A program made the translations under genes and the position numbers. 64,000 nucleotides of DNA. It comes from an uncultured Planctomycetales bacterium (GTDB taxonomy: Bacteria; Omnitrophota; Gorgyraeia; Gygaellales; Profunditerraquicolaceae). Positions 49,820 to 59,057 of the stretch are shown one piece after another; position 1 is the stretch's first letter, and each line of letters starts with the position of its first letter. Below the pieces are notes generated by a model. It saw nothing but the letters and a program-made list of their open reading frames with translations. It did no database searches and was not told the DNA's origin. Location of the stretch: positions 90,027 to 154,026 of the forward strand of contig CAZRVK010000005.1 in NCBI GenBank assembly GCA_964603585.1, written 5' to 3'.

Positions 49820-51231
49820 CAAGAAAGATCAATTATTTGATCCCGGCTCTTATTATCATCATTGTTTTAACATACTATAAAGTGGTTTCCTTTTATTTTA
49901 GATATGACACTTTTGTTTGGCTCGATAAAACGATATTTGACCATTTTAACTGGCAGTATTTCTTTGGTTACAACAAAGCCGCCGCATTCTATTTGACCCC
50001 CGTGGGCAATTTATTCTTTCTTTTAATGTACAAAGCATTCGGGTTATCACCTGTAGGCTATCACCTGGTTTTACTGCTCATACATATTACAGCGGCACTT
50101 TTGGTGTATCGTTTAACTTTCAAAATCGCCCAAAATAATGAGTGCGCATTCCTGGCGGCGCTTTTTTTCGGTATATATCCGGCTAATATCGAGGCCGTAG
50201 TTTATATTGCGGCATTTCACCATTCTCTTTGCGCAGTTTTTATCATGGTGTCGTTCTTAATGTTTGTGCGTTTTAAGGAATTGCTTCAGACCAGGGCCTA
50301 TGTCTTGAGCTTGGTATTCTACACCTTATCCCTGGTGGTCAAACCAACGGCAATAATCGTGCCTTTATTGTTTTTGGGGTACGAATGTATTTTATCCCGT
50401 GGTTTTTCGATAAACCGGGATATCAGAAAATATATACCGTTTGCGATTATCTCTTTTGCCTATCTGCTGGTCAGTTTTGCAATCGGCAGCTTTAATCAGG
50501 CGTATTTACCCATGCAGAACCAGTATTACTATATAGGAAGGCATATCCTGGAGAATATTTTCGGTTACTTTAAATACATGGTATTTCCTTTTGATAATGC
50601 CGTTAAAGCGGTCGCGGATATTTTTAGCCCGCAGGTTAGCCGGGTTTTTGGGGCGGCACAAGGAATTTTTATGGGGGCGGTATTTTCTCTGGCGGTTTAT
50701 CTTTCCTTAAGGGACAAAAGGATAAGGTTCTTGTTTTTTTGGGTAATCGTTTCACTTTTGCCGATACTGCCGTTTGAATTTTCTCCGCAGTCACGGTATG
50801 TCTATCTTTCTTCAATAGGATTATGTGCCTTGTTTGCGTTGGCCTTAAGATCAGAGAAGTTCATGCGAAAATGGGTGTCAAGGGCTGTAACCCTGGTTTT
50901 TATCCTGCTTTATTTCTTATCCTGCCGGGTCAATCTGTATCAGTATGAAAATGATTATATCTTATGGAAAAACTGGGCTATGGATATCGGTTCCATTCCT
51001 AAACCTTTTCCTGAAAAGGGAAAGCTGTATTTACTGGATTTTCCGAAACTTGCAGTTTCCCGTGATGATGAGATAAGTTCTTTAGCGCGGGTGGTTTTGA
51101 ACAGCCGGGATTTGGAAGTGGAAGCGGTTTATCCACAAGCGCAGGGAGGATATTCTTTACCGGAGACGGAGGTTTATTCATTAAAATACGAGAACAGGAG
51201 ATTGATTCCGTTTAAAAGAGCGCCAAGATGA
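49816..51231 (+). CDS. Polytopic membrane protein, GT-C-like (PMT_2/ArnT-like) glycosyltransferase candidate
   Basis: About 11 predicted TM helices. Its N-terminal region resembles the other two GT-C genes, including 'YHLVLLLIHITAALLVYRL'. The first loop contains D/E residues. Confidence 0.45.
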   Translation: MTRKINYLIPALIIIIVLTYYKVVSFYFRYDTFVWLDKTIFDHFNWQYFFGYNKAAAFYLTPVGNLFFLLMYKAFGLSPVGYHLVLLLIHITAALLVYRLTFKIAQNNECAFLAALFFGIYPANIEAVVYIAAFHHSLCAVFIMVSFLMFVRFKELLQTRAYVLSLVFYTLSLVVKPTAIIVPLLFLGYECILSRGFSINRDIRKYIPFAIISFAYLLVSFAIGSFNQAYLPMQNQYYYIGRHILENIFGYFKYMVFPFDNAVKAVADIFSPQVSRVFGAAQGIFMGAVFSLAVYLSLRDKRIRFLFFWVIVSLLPILPFEFSPQSRYVYLSSIGLCALFALALRSEKFMRKWVSRAVTLVFILLYFLSCRVNLYQYENDYILWKNWAMDIGSIPKPFPEKGKLYLLDFPKLAVSRDDEISSLARVVLNSRDLEVEAVYPQAQGGYSLPETEVYSLKYENRRLIPFKRAPR

Positions 51232-51989
51232 CTGATCCCGGACTAAGCGTAGTAATGATCACTTTTAACCGCCAGGAAAAGATTGCCCAGGCCCTTGAAA
51301 GCGTAAAGTGGGCCGAAGAGATCATTGTCCTGGATAGTGGGAGTACGGATAATACCGTGGATATATGCCGGAAATATACTAATAAGATATTCTTGCCTCC
51401 GCAGGAGTTTATTGATAGAAAATGCCTGGGCCTTAACCTTATTAAGAACTTCGGGTTTGGCCTGGCAACGCAGGAGTGGGTATTAAGCCTTGATTCAGAT
51501 GAAGTGGTGACGCCTGCTTTAGCCGAAGAGATCCGCAGGGTGGTAAATAGCGGTTCTGATTATGCCGGGTTTTTTATCCCCAGGAAGAATTACTATTGGA
51601 AGAAGTGTGTCCGGAGTCTATCCCCGGATTATCAGTTAAGATTGTTCAAAAAAGGCTTTGGTAATTTCGCTGGTGAGTATGTGCACGAGAAGCTTGAATT
51701 ATCCGGTAAGGCAGGTTACCTTAGTGAGCCGCTGATCCATTATAATTATGATTCGGTCGGTGATTTTTTGATGCGCTTGGAATATTATTTGCCTGATGAG
51801 GTTTCAAGGCTCAAGCGGTTTTGTGCGCCTAAAACAATATTAAAATTGTTCACTGTTCCCGCCGGAAGCTTTCATTACTACTTTTTCAAACAAAAAGCGT
51901 ATAAGGATGGGGCCGCAGGTGTCATTGTATCCGCGCTTCATGCGTATTATCATGGCCGGGTATATTTACGGTATTTTTTCTCTCAATGA
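51228..51989 (+). CDS. GT2 family glycosyltransferase
   Basis: 'LSVVMITFNRQEKI...LDSGSTDNT...SLDSDE' is the GT-A DxD architecture. Confidence 0.8.
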   Translation: MTDPGLSVVMITFNRQEKIAQALESVKWAEEIIVLDSGSTDNTVDICRKYTNKIFLPPQEFIDRKCLGLNLIKNFGFGLATQEWVLSLDSDEVVTPALAEEIRRVVNSGSDYAGFFIPRKNYYWKKCVRSLSPDYQLRLFKKGFGNFAGEYVHEKLELSGKAGYLSEPLIHYNYDSVGDFLMRLEYYLPDEVSRLKRFCAPKTILKLFTVPAGSFHYYFFKQKAYKDGAAGVIVSALHAYYHGRVYLRYFFSQ

Positions 51990-52000
51990 ACGGTTAGGAT

Positions 52001-52933
52001 ATGGAATTACTTATAATCATCGTTAATTATCATAGCGAAAACCTGCTCTTTGACTGCCTGTCTTCCGTATATAAGAGCATCTGCGATCTTAAGTATAAGG
52101 TAGTTGTAGTTGATAATAATGAACAGGAATTTGCTTTCGAATGCCTAAGCAAAGTGTTCTCCGAAGTTCAATTCATTGTAAACAGAAAAAACATCGGGTT
52201 TGCCGCCGCTACTAATATCGCGCTTAAGTTATACCCGGCGCCGTTTACGCTTTTATTGAATCCGGATACAGTATTATATCCCGATGCGATCCAGGTTATG
52301 GTGGATTTCATGCGCAGCCGGGATGAAGCCGGGATAGTCGGGGCAAAGCTGGTGGATAAGGAAGGCGCCTCAAGTCCTAATCCTTCCTGTACCGGTATTC
52401 CGCAAAGCCCGGCGCAGGCACTGTTTGAATACACTTTTTTCGGTAAATTATTCCCCAGGCACAGGCTGGTAAAAGATTATTTTCTCACTGATTGGGGGCA
52501 CGATACTTTGCGTGAAGTAGCAATGGTGCAAGGGGCCTGTTTTATGATCAAAAAACCGGTTATCGACCAGATTGGGATCTTGGATGAAAGGTTCTTTTTG
52601 TATTGGGAGGAAGCGGATTGGTGTATGCGGGCAAAAAGCAAAGGCTGGCGGGTGTATTATCTACCCGGAGCGCGCTGTCTGCATCTCGGAGGGCAAAGCA
52701 CAAATAATAAAGAGCAGGATTATACCCAATTCTATAAAAGTATGTATAGATTCCATGCCAAACACTATGGATGGGGCATTTCCTTTATGTTAAGGTGTAT
52801 GATCATATTGTCCTTCTTCCTGGGATATCTTAAGCTTATACTGGTTTATTTGGCCGGCAACCTTTTTAAGAAAAATGAGAAAAGTCAAATCTCGGTAATG
52901 GGGCAAAAGATCATCGCCCAGTTCCGGTTTTGA
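52001..52933 (+). CDS. GT2 family glycosyltransferase (rhamnosyltransferase-like)
   Basis: 'LLIIIVNYHSENLL', 'VVDNNE' and 'LLNPDT' motifs. Confidence 0.8.
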   Translation: MELLIIIVNYHSENLLFDCLSSVYKSICDLKYKVVVVDNNEQEFAFECLSKVFSEVQFIVNRKNIGFAAATNIALKLYPAPFTLLLNPDTVLYPDAIQVMVDFMRSRDEAGIVGAKLVDKEGASSPNPSCTGIPQSPAQALFEYTFFGKLFPRHRLVKDYFLTDWGHDTLREVAMVQGACFMIKKPVIDQIGILDERFFLYWEEADWCMRAKSKGWRVYYLPGARCLHLGGQSTNNKEQDYTQFYKSMYRFHAKHYGWGISFMLRCMIILSFFLGYLKLILVYLAGNLFKKNEKSQISVMGQKIIAQFRF

Positions 52934-52942
52934 CCTTATAAA

Positions 52943-54082
52943 ATGAAAATAAAACTTCTTACTACATGGAATACCCGATGCGGGATCGCTGATTATTCAA
53001 AACGGTTGGTGAATGAGCTTTCTAAAAAGTGCAAGATCGAGGTTGTCCCTGTTTCGCCTTCTGCCAACCCGTTTTACTATTCGGCATTGGGTAAAAGGCT
53101 GAATGGGGCAGATATTGTGCATATACAGTATGAATATGGTTTGTTTATCCATAGCAATCCTTATATCGATCACTTTTCAATACTGATCAATCAGGTAAAA
53201 AGCCCTAAGGTATTTACCTTGCATTCCTTGCTTGTCCCGATTTCTCCTAAACCGCTTACCGGGGGCTTATTGAAGGATCTCGAGTTCGGATTAAGGAATA
53301 TGCTTTATGCTCCTTTTAATAACCAAATATGGCTTGAGCGTTTTTATGCTAAAGCGGATCATTTATTTCTGCATAACCGAAGAGATGCGTTGGTTTTAGA
53401 AGGCTTGGGGGTTAAGAAAGAAAAAATCTCTACGGACCTGCCGCCTGTCGTTCGCCGCACGGTTTGCGGTAGCGGTTCATCGGCCGCAGATAAATATGGG
53501 TTGAGGGATAAAATAATCCTGACAATCTTCGGGTTTATCAATCCTGCGAAAGGGTATGAAGTGGCGCTTGAGAGTATGCGGGGCCTTCCGGATAACGTTT
53601 GCCTGTTGATTGCCGGCGGTCTGCAGGGGGCCTCCGGGGCATCTTATTTGCGGCAGCTCCAGCGGTTGATCAGAATGAAGAACCTGGATAAAAGGGTAGT
53701 TATTACCGGGTACCTGTCAGAAGAAGATGCCGCCAGTATTATGGCTGCCTCTAACATTGTGCTGGCGCCTTTTACCAGCACCAATGGTTCAGGTTCGATG
53801 GGGCTGGGGATCTCTTATCATAAACCGGTCATTGCCTCTGACCTTTGTCCTAACAAAGAGGTGTATGAGGCTTGTGCTTGTATTGAGCTTTTCCACTCGG
53901 GTGATGCCAATGACCTGCTTGATAAAATAAAGAAACTTCTTTCTTCTAAAATGCGCAGGGATGAATTGTCGAAATCGGCTGAAAAATACTGTTTGAAATA
54001 TAATTATGGGCGATTGGCAGAAAAGACTATGGAGATTTATCATAAGCTTTTGTCTATGGATGGGTATAAAAACAATGGATAA
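52943..54082 (+). CDS. GT-B glycosyltransferase (GT4-like)
   Basis: C-terminal Rossmann domain with a 'GSMGLGISYHKPVIASD' nucleotide-sugar-binding-like segment. Confidence 0.7.
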   Translation: MKIKLLTTWNTRCGIADYSKRLVNELSKKCKIEVVPVSPSANPFYYSALGKRLNGADIVHIQYEYGLFIHSNPYIDHFSILINQVKSPKVFTLHSLLVPISPKPLTGGLLKDLEFGLRNMLYAPFNNQIWLERFYAKADHLFLHNRRDALVLEGLGVKKEKISTDLPPVVRRTVCGSGSSAADKYGLRDKIILTIFGFINPAKGYEVALESMRGLPDNVCLLIAGGLQGASGASYLRQLQRLIRMKNLDKRVVITGYLSEEDAASIMAASNIVLAPFTSTNGSGSMGLGISYHKPVIASDLCPNKEVYEACACIELFHSGDANDLLDKIKKLLSSKMRRDELSKSAEKYCLKYNYGRLAEKTMEIYHKLLSMDGYKNNG

Positions 54083-55013
54083 AAAAGAAGTGGTGGTGGT
54101 TATTCCGCATTTTAACGGGTTTCAGCATTTATCCGTCTGCCTGGATGGTTTAAAAAAGCAATCTTTTCCGGGTTTTGCAGTGATTATAGCCGATGATGGT
54201 TCAACCGATGGTTCGGCCGGTTATTTAAAAGAACATTATCCCTGGGTTAAGGTATTGTCCCTTGGCAGTAATAAAGGATTTGCCAAGGCGGTAAATTCCG
54301 GTATCGGCAAAGCCCTGGATGATAAAGAGGCGAAATACATCGTTTTGCTTAACAATGACACATATCCCGAATATGACTGGTTGGAAGAACTGGTTAAGGC
54401 AATGGAATCTGATCCTTCCGCCGGTTTTGCTGCGTCGAAAGTGCTTTTTATGGAAGACCGGAGTATTATTAATTCCGCAGGGGATAAACTTAGCAAAGCA
54501 GGATTTGCCTCTAACTGCGGCGCCTGGGATCAAGATGGGGCCAAGTTTAGCCAGCCGGGGTATGTTTTTGGCGCATCCGCCGCCGCTGCGATCTACCGCC
54601 GCAAGATGTTTGAGGATGTCGGCTTATTTGACGAAGATTTTTTTGCTTATTGCGAAGATGTAGATTTAAGCTTTCGCGCGCAGATCAAAGGGTATAAATG
54701 CCTTTATGTGCCGCGCGCCCGGGTTTATCATCATGGATTCCTTACCGGCAAGAATATCGCCGATTATTACAACGCCCGGAATACGCTCTTTGTGGTAATA
54801 AAGAATATGCCGTACAGGTTGATCTGCAAGTATCTTTTGTATTCATTTTATTCGCATTTTATTTATGTTTATGAAAAAAGGCGTATATTTTTTACCGTTC
54901 TTAGGGCTTACCTGGCGGCTTTTATTCAAGCCGGCAGGATGTTAAAGAAAAGAAAAGCCATTCAGCGCGGGATGAAGGTATCGGTAGAGTATATAGATTC
55001 TCTATTGGCGTGA
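54076..55013 (+). CDS. GT2 family glycosyltransferase
   Basis: 'VVVVIPHFNG', 'IIADDGSTDGS', 'LLNNDT' and 'YCEDVDLSFR' motifs. Confidence 0.8.
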
Positions 55014-55045
55014 TATAGGATTTTTACGGATCAAAAGGGTTTTAT

Positions 55046-56143
55046 ATGAACATCGGAATAGATGCCCGTTATATATCTGACAGGCGCACCGGACTGGGCC
55101 GGTATGCGTATGAGCTTTGCCGTAATCTCGATGCGCTTTTACCACAGGCGAAGTTCTTTCTTTACAGCAGCCGCCCGATCGAGATGCCGTTATGGTCTGG
55201 CCGCTGGATAAAACGGATTGATTCCGGTATTCCGCGCTTGTTTGCTCGCCAGCTTAATTTATGGCTGAAGACACGTTGTCATTGTCTCTGTAAAAATGAT
55301 CCTCTGGATATTTTTTGGGCCACAGCTACTCTTCTTCCGCATCTTCCCAGGAGCGTTAAAACCATATCCACCGTGCATGACCTGTGTTTTGCCGTCTCCC
55401 CGCAGAGTATGCAGATCAATTCCTTATTGATGCAGAAGTTGTTTTTTAAGAGCGATGTATTAAAAGCCGATCATCTGGTAGCGGTATCTTCAGGGACCGC
55501 CAAGCGCCTTTATGAATATTGCGGCAGGAATGTTTCTTTGATCATGCCTCCTTCAGCTTCGGAGCAATTTCGTGTTTATCCCCAGGAAGAAGTAGAAAAG
55601 GCACGGAGGCTTTATCATCTGGATTTTCCCTATATCCTTTCTGTGGCGACATGGGAGCCGCGGAAGAATATTGCTTTGTTAATGGAAACATTCATTGCAA
55701 TGAAGAATGAGGGGTTATTACCCGGATACAAATTAGTATTGATAGGCCAAAAGGGATGGAGATACCGCAGGATTCGCTCGATCTTGGATAAGCACTCCCA
55801 GGATATCGTTTGTTTAGGGTATGTAGAAGACAAATATCTTGCGCATATTTATCAAGGGGCAGGACTTTTTGTATTTCCTTCCATATACGAAGGATTTGGT
55901 CTGCCGGTTTTAGAGGCAAGGCGTGTAGGTACGGTGGTTGTGGCAAGCGACACCCCGGAACTAAGGGAAGCTGGCGGTAGTAGTACGCATTACGTATTTC
56001 CGGATAAGCAGGGGATACGCCAGGGGATCGTTCTTGCATTATCCGGCGATTTAAGCAAGAAGCCTTGTAGTGATTACGTGTATTCTTGGCAGGCCGGAGC
56101 AAAGGCACTCGCTCAACTTTTTTCTGAAACGGTTTCCAGGTAA
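55046..56143 (+). CDS. GT-B glycosyltransferase (GT4)
   Basis: 'FPSIYEGFGLPVLEA' motif. Confidence 0.8.
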   Translation: MNIGIDARYISDRRTGLGRYAYELCRNLDALLPQAKFFLYSSRPIEMPLWSGRWIKRIDSGIPRLFARQLNLWLKTRCHCLCKNDPLDIFWATATLLPHLPRSVKTISTVHDLCFAVSPQSMQINSLLMQKLFFKSDVLKADHLVAVSSGTAKRLYEYCGRNVSLIMPPSASEQFRVYPQEEVEKARRLYHLDFPYILSVATWEPRKNIALLMETFIAMKNEGLLPGYKLVLIGQKGWRYRRIRSILDKHSQDIVCLGYVEDKYLAHIYQGAGLFVFPSIYEGFGLPVLEARRVGTVVVASDTPELREAGGSSTHYVFPDKQGIRQGIVLALSGDLSKKPCSDYVYSWQAGAKALAQLFSETVSR

Positions 56144-57252
56144 AGTTGGTTTAAATCCCGGGTGATTATATCCCAAGAGTAATTTTTCAGCAAATCCCGG
56201 GGATATGAGGGGATCTGGTGTGCGGTTTCGATCGCTTCAGCGAATTGGTTTAATTCTGCGGTTTTTACCATGGGTATTAGATCGGGATATCCACGCATAC
56301 CGAATGGGGTTGAGACCACCTTTAAGTTAAAGGCCAGGTATTCCAGTATTTTAAATGATGTGCCTCCTCCAAAGGTAACAGGGTTTAGGCCAACCGGCGA
56401 AAGCGCGGCATATTCTGCAAAACCATCGATACGGTCGTCAATAAAAACATTCTTCATGCGGCAGGAATGAAACCTTTTGCCGCAACCTCCTTTGATTACA
56501 ATTGCCCATTCATCTTTTAGCTGTTGAGCCAGGTGATGGATGATCCAATCTGCTGCCGCGCGGTTATGCGGGACGTTACTTCCGCAAAAGACCGCGATTT
56601 TCTTGTAATTTTGCAGTCCGGGGCTGGTTTTTGCCAGTGTCTTTATGTATTCTCCTGGTTTTGGCTCCAGGTCTATTCCGTTTTGTGCGATATATATTTT
56701 TGAGCCGGATACTCCATATAGCTCGATGAACCTGGATTTGTCAGCCGCGGAACAGGCCAGGACTTTATCCGCCGCATGGACAAGCTTTTTTTCTAAACGG
56801 TATATTCTGCGGGAAACCAGGTCTTTTATTCCGGCCATCCGGCATTCGGAGCGCGAGTAATCGAACTCTACATTTTGTGCATTATATATTATAGTGCTTT
56901 CTTTAGGCAAACAATCCGTCAGGTCAGCGAAGCTGGCGTGTTCAAACTGGTATATATCCGAATGATCAAGATGCCTGTGGATAAGAAAACGGTATCCCGG
57001 ATGAAAGGAGGCGAGGAACTGGTATGGGAATGGCCGGTCAGTAAACAAAAATGAATGGATAAAAGGGTAATATATATTATAAAAACGCGGGTTATTCCCC
57101 GTGTTTTCTTTTTGCCTTATGTATCCGCATGGCGCAATGATATCGACGGCGAATCCTTGTGCCGCTAACCCGGAACAAATTTTGAATATCCGGATCTTTC
57201 CTCCGTAAGAAAGGGGTAAGACAGGGTAAGGCGAGATGCAGGTGATTTTCAT
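56113..57252 (-). CDS. GT-B glycosyltransferase (GT4-like)
   Basis: 379 aa, with a two-Rossmann GT-B layout. Convergent with, and overlapping by 31 bp, the preceding gene. Confidence 0.7.
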   Translation of the reverse strand: MKITCISPYPVLPLSYGGKIRIFKICSGLAAQGFAVDIIAPCGYIRQKENTGNNPRFYNIYYPFIHSFLFTDRPFPYQFLASFHPGYRFLIHRHLDHSDIYQFEHASFADLTDCLPKESTIIYNAQNVEFDYSRSECRMAGIKDLVSRRIYRLEKKLVHAADKVLACSAADKSRFIELYGVSGSKIYIAQNGIDLEPKPGEYIKTLAKTSPGLQNYKKIAVFCGSNVPHNRAAADWIIHHLAQQLKDEWAIVIKGGCGKRFHSCRMKNVFIDDRIDGFAEYAALSPVGLNPVTFGGGTSFKILEYLAFNLKVVSTPFGMRGYPDLIPMVKTAELNQFAEAIETAHQIPSYPRDLLKNYSWDIITRDLNQLYLETVSEKS

Positions 57253-57295
57253 ATTGCTTTGAATATATCATATAAATAATGATAATAAAAGCCAA

Positions 57296-57328
57296 AAACG
57301 ATTATGTGTGGGGGCGGTCTCGACCGCC
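57296..57328. promoter_or_regulatory. GC-rich palindrome / stem-loop in a divergent promoter region
   Basis: 'TGTGTGGGGGCGGTctcgACCGCCCCATACA': an 8-bp perfect stem with a tetraloop and imperfect flanking symmetry. No downstream T-tract on the + strand. Confidence 0.4.
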
Positions 57329-57372
57329 CCATACATGTATTGGCGGTATTTTCAAAACCAGGAACAATTGCC

Positions 57373-57400
57373 TTGATTTCTCGTCTTAAATAGGTATAAT
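57373..57400 (+). promoter_or_regulatory. Candidate promoter (TTGATT, 16-bp spacer, TATAAT) for GT-C paralogue B
   Basis: A -10 TATAAT at 57395-57400 lies 86 nt upstream of the ATG at 57486. Confidence 0.35.
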
Positions 57401-57485
57401 CAGACTCATAGTGGATATCCTCGTCATACTCCGGGCTTGAAAAATTAAAATCAATCAGTAAAACAACGATAAATAATTTATCCGT

Positions 57486-59030
57486 ATGTCCTTACTCCAT
57501 TGGTTAAATAAAAACCGGTTATCAATAATCCTGATATTTACGCTGGTTTTCAGCGCATTCCTGCATTTTCGGGATCTTGGCGGCGTAACCATCCTGGATG
57601 ATGATGAATCCCGTGCCTTTGTCCTTCAAGGGAGCGGGCCGTTACTCTATTTTATCTGCCGGCCATTCTATCTTTTATCGGGGCGTGATCAAGCCAGCGC
57701 GTTCTATATCGCCGCACTCCTTGGTTTTATCAATATCATTTTGTTTTATCTTCTCTGCCGCAAGTTGTTCGATAAGGACCTTTCGAAACTGGCGGCCATA
57801 ATCTATGCCTTGTATCCTGTGCGCATGAATTACGCGCGCACTTTATATCCGGCGGTATTCATAGAAAGCGCGTTCTTATTAGCCCTGCTTTTTCTATTTT
57901 CGGGCTTAAACACGCGTAAATCATGGCAGGGATTTGTTTTTGGGGTATCTACTGTCGCTATTTTCTTCATGCATTATTCCGGTTACGCCCTGGTCATTGC
58001 TCTGATATTGGCAGTGATAGGATTAAGCATCTTTACCCGGGATAAGATCAACAGGTTGTGTTGGTTCCAGTTTAACGTTCATTTTGTGCTGGGGGTGGTA
58101 TTAGGGTATTGCCTGTTCTGGTTCCTGTTATTCTGGCATTCTCCGGGGTATGATTATCTGGGACAGCTTTTTTGGTTTATGAAAAGAGAAGAAACGTACA
58201 TGGCACATATCCGTACCCCGGTATATTTTCACAGCGGGATATTCTACCAGATGTTCTCTTCTCTGCAATATATCCTGATAAGCTCGGTTACGGCGATCTC
58301 CTGTTTATACGTATTGGTTTATTCAATCATCATACGGAAGAAGCCGGTATTATTGTTCTTTTCCGTTTTTTGCATCGCCGCATCTCTTTTGGCGGTTGTC
58401 GCGTTTTTAGGACGGCATCCTTTAAAAATACGGCATTTAGTCTGGATGGTTTCTGTTTATGCCGTCTCTATTGCACAGTTAATTTCTTTTTTGTCTGCCC
58501 AAAGAAAGTGTATTGCAAATTTGGCAGCTAAAGTTATCCTTTGCGTATTTATCTCTGTTGCCGCTTACGAAAGTTACCAGATTACCGCCGAAACATTCAA
58601 TTTAACGCCTATTAAGAGCTGGCTTAAACAGAATAATATCCCCAAGAGCCAGATCATAACTTCATGGTGGATGCTTAACCGGGTGGATGACCCGGATGTA
58701 GCTTCATTTATCCCCACTGATTTTCGCAAAAACGCCGGTATCGGCGGCTCTTTCGGTTTTGTACTGATCTGGCCGTTTATTTTTGATGCATACCAGCAGG
58801 GCAGTTGTAAATACATCCTTACTTCAGGCATAAGCGGCAGGTGTTATATCGGTTATGACGATATAATGCTTAAACACGTAAAACCGGTTATGTCATGGCT
58901 GCATCCGTATTTTAAGTTCAAGCGCCGGCCTTTTTGCCGTCCGGTACCGCTTTATATCAATCTTTACCGGTTGGATGATGTTTTTTCGTCTTCTAATCTG
59001 GGGTCTCTAAAATCACGCGGTGAGGAGTGA
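57486..59030 (+). CDS. GT-C fold membrane glycosyltransferase (PMT/ArnT-like), paralogue B
   Basis: Same architecture as 40276-41799. Contains the 342-bp identical tract, and the C-terminal domain is conserved at protein level ('ESYQITAETF.LTPIK...GSCKYILTSGISGR'). Confidence 0.6.
   Translation: MSLLHWLNKNRLSIILIFTLVFSAFLHFRDLGGVTILDDDESRAFVLQGSGPLLYFICRPFYLLSGRDQASAFYIAALLGFINIILFYLLCRKLFDKDLSKLAAIIYALYPVRMNYARTLYPAVFIESAFLLALLFLFSGLNTRKSWQGFVFGVSTVAIFFMHYSGYALVIALILAVIGLSIFTRDKINRLCWFQFNVHFVLGVVLGYCLFWFLLFWHSPGYDYLGQLFWFMKREETYMAHIRTPVYFHSGIFYQMFSSLQYILISSVTAISCLYVLVYSIIIRKKPVLLFFSVFCIAASLLAVVAFLGRHPLKIRHLVWMVSVYAVSIAQLISFLSAQRKCIANLAAKVILCVFISVAAYESYQITAETFNLTPIKSWLKQNNIPKSQIITSWWMLNRVDDPDVASFIPTDFRKNAGIGGSFGFVLIWPFIFDAYQQGSCKYILTSGISGRCYIGYDDIMLKHVKPVMSWLHPYFKFKRRPFCRPVPLYINLYRLDDVFSSSNLGSLKSRGEE
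57684..58025. repeat. 342-bp tract 100% identical to 40474-40815 (copy 2)
   Basis: Direct comparison, 342/342. Confidence 0.9.
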
Positions 59031-59057
59031 CCGGATTGAGGTTTAAGGAGGTAAAAT

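Noticed and set aside
40474-58025. Whether the 342-bp identical repeats are IS or transposon termini
   Set aside because: No transposase, integrase or target-site duplication is present. The repeats are in-frame coding sequence of two paralogous genes, so gene conversion is the simpler explanation.
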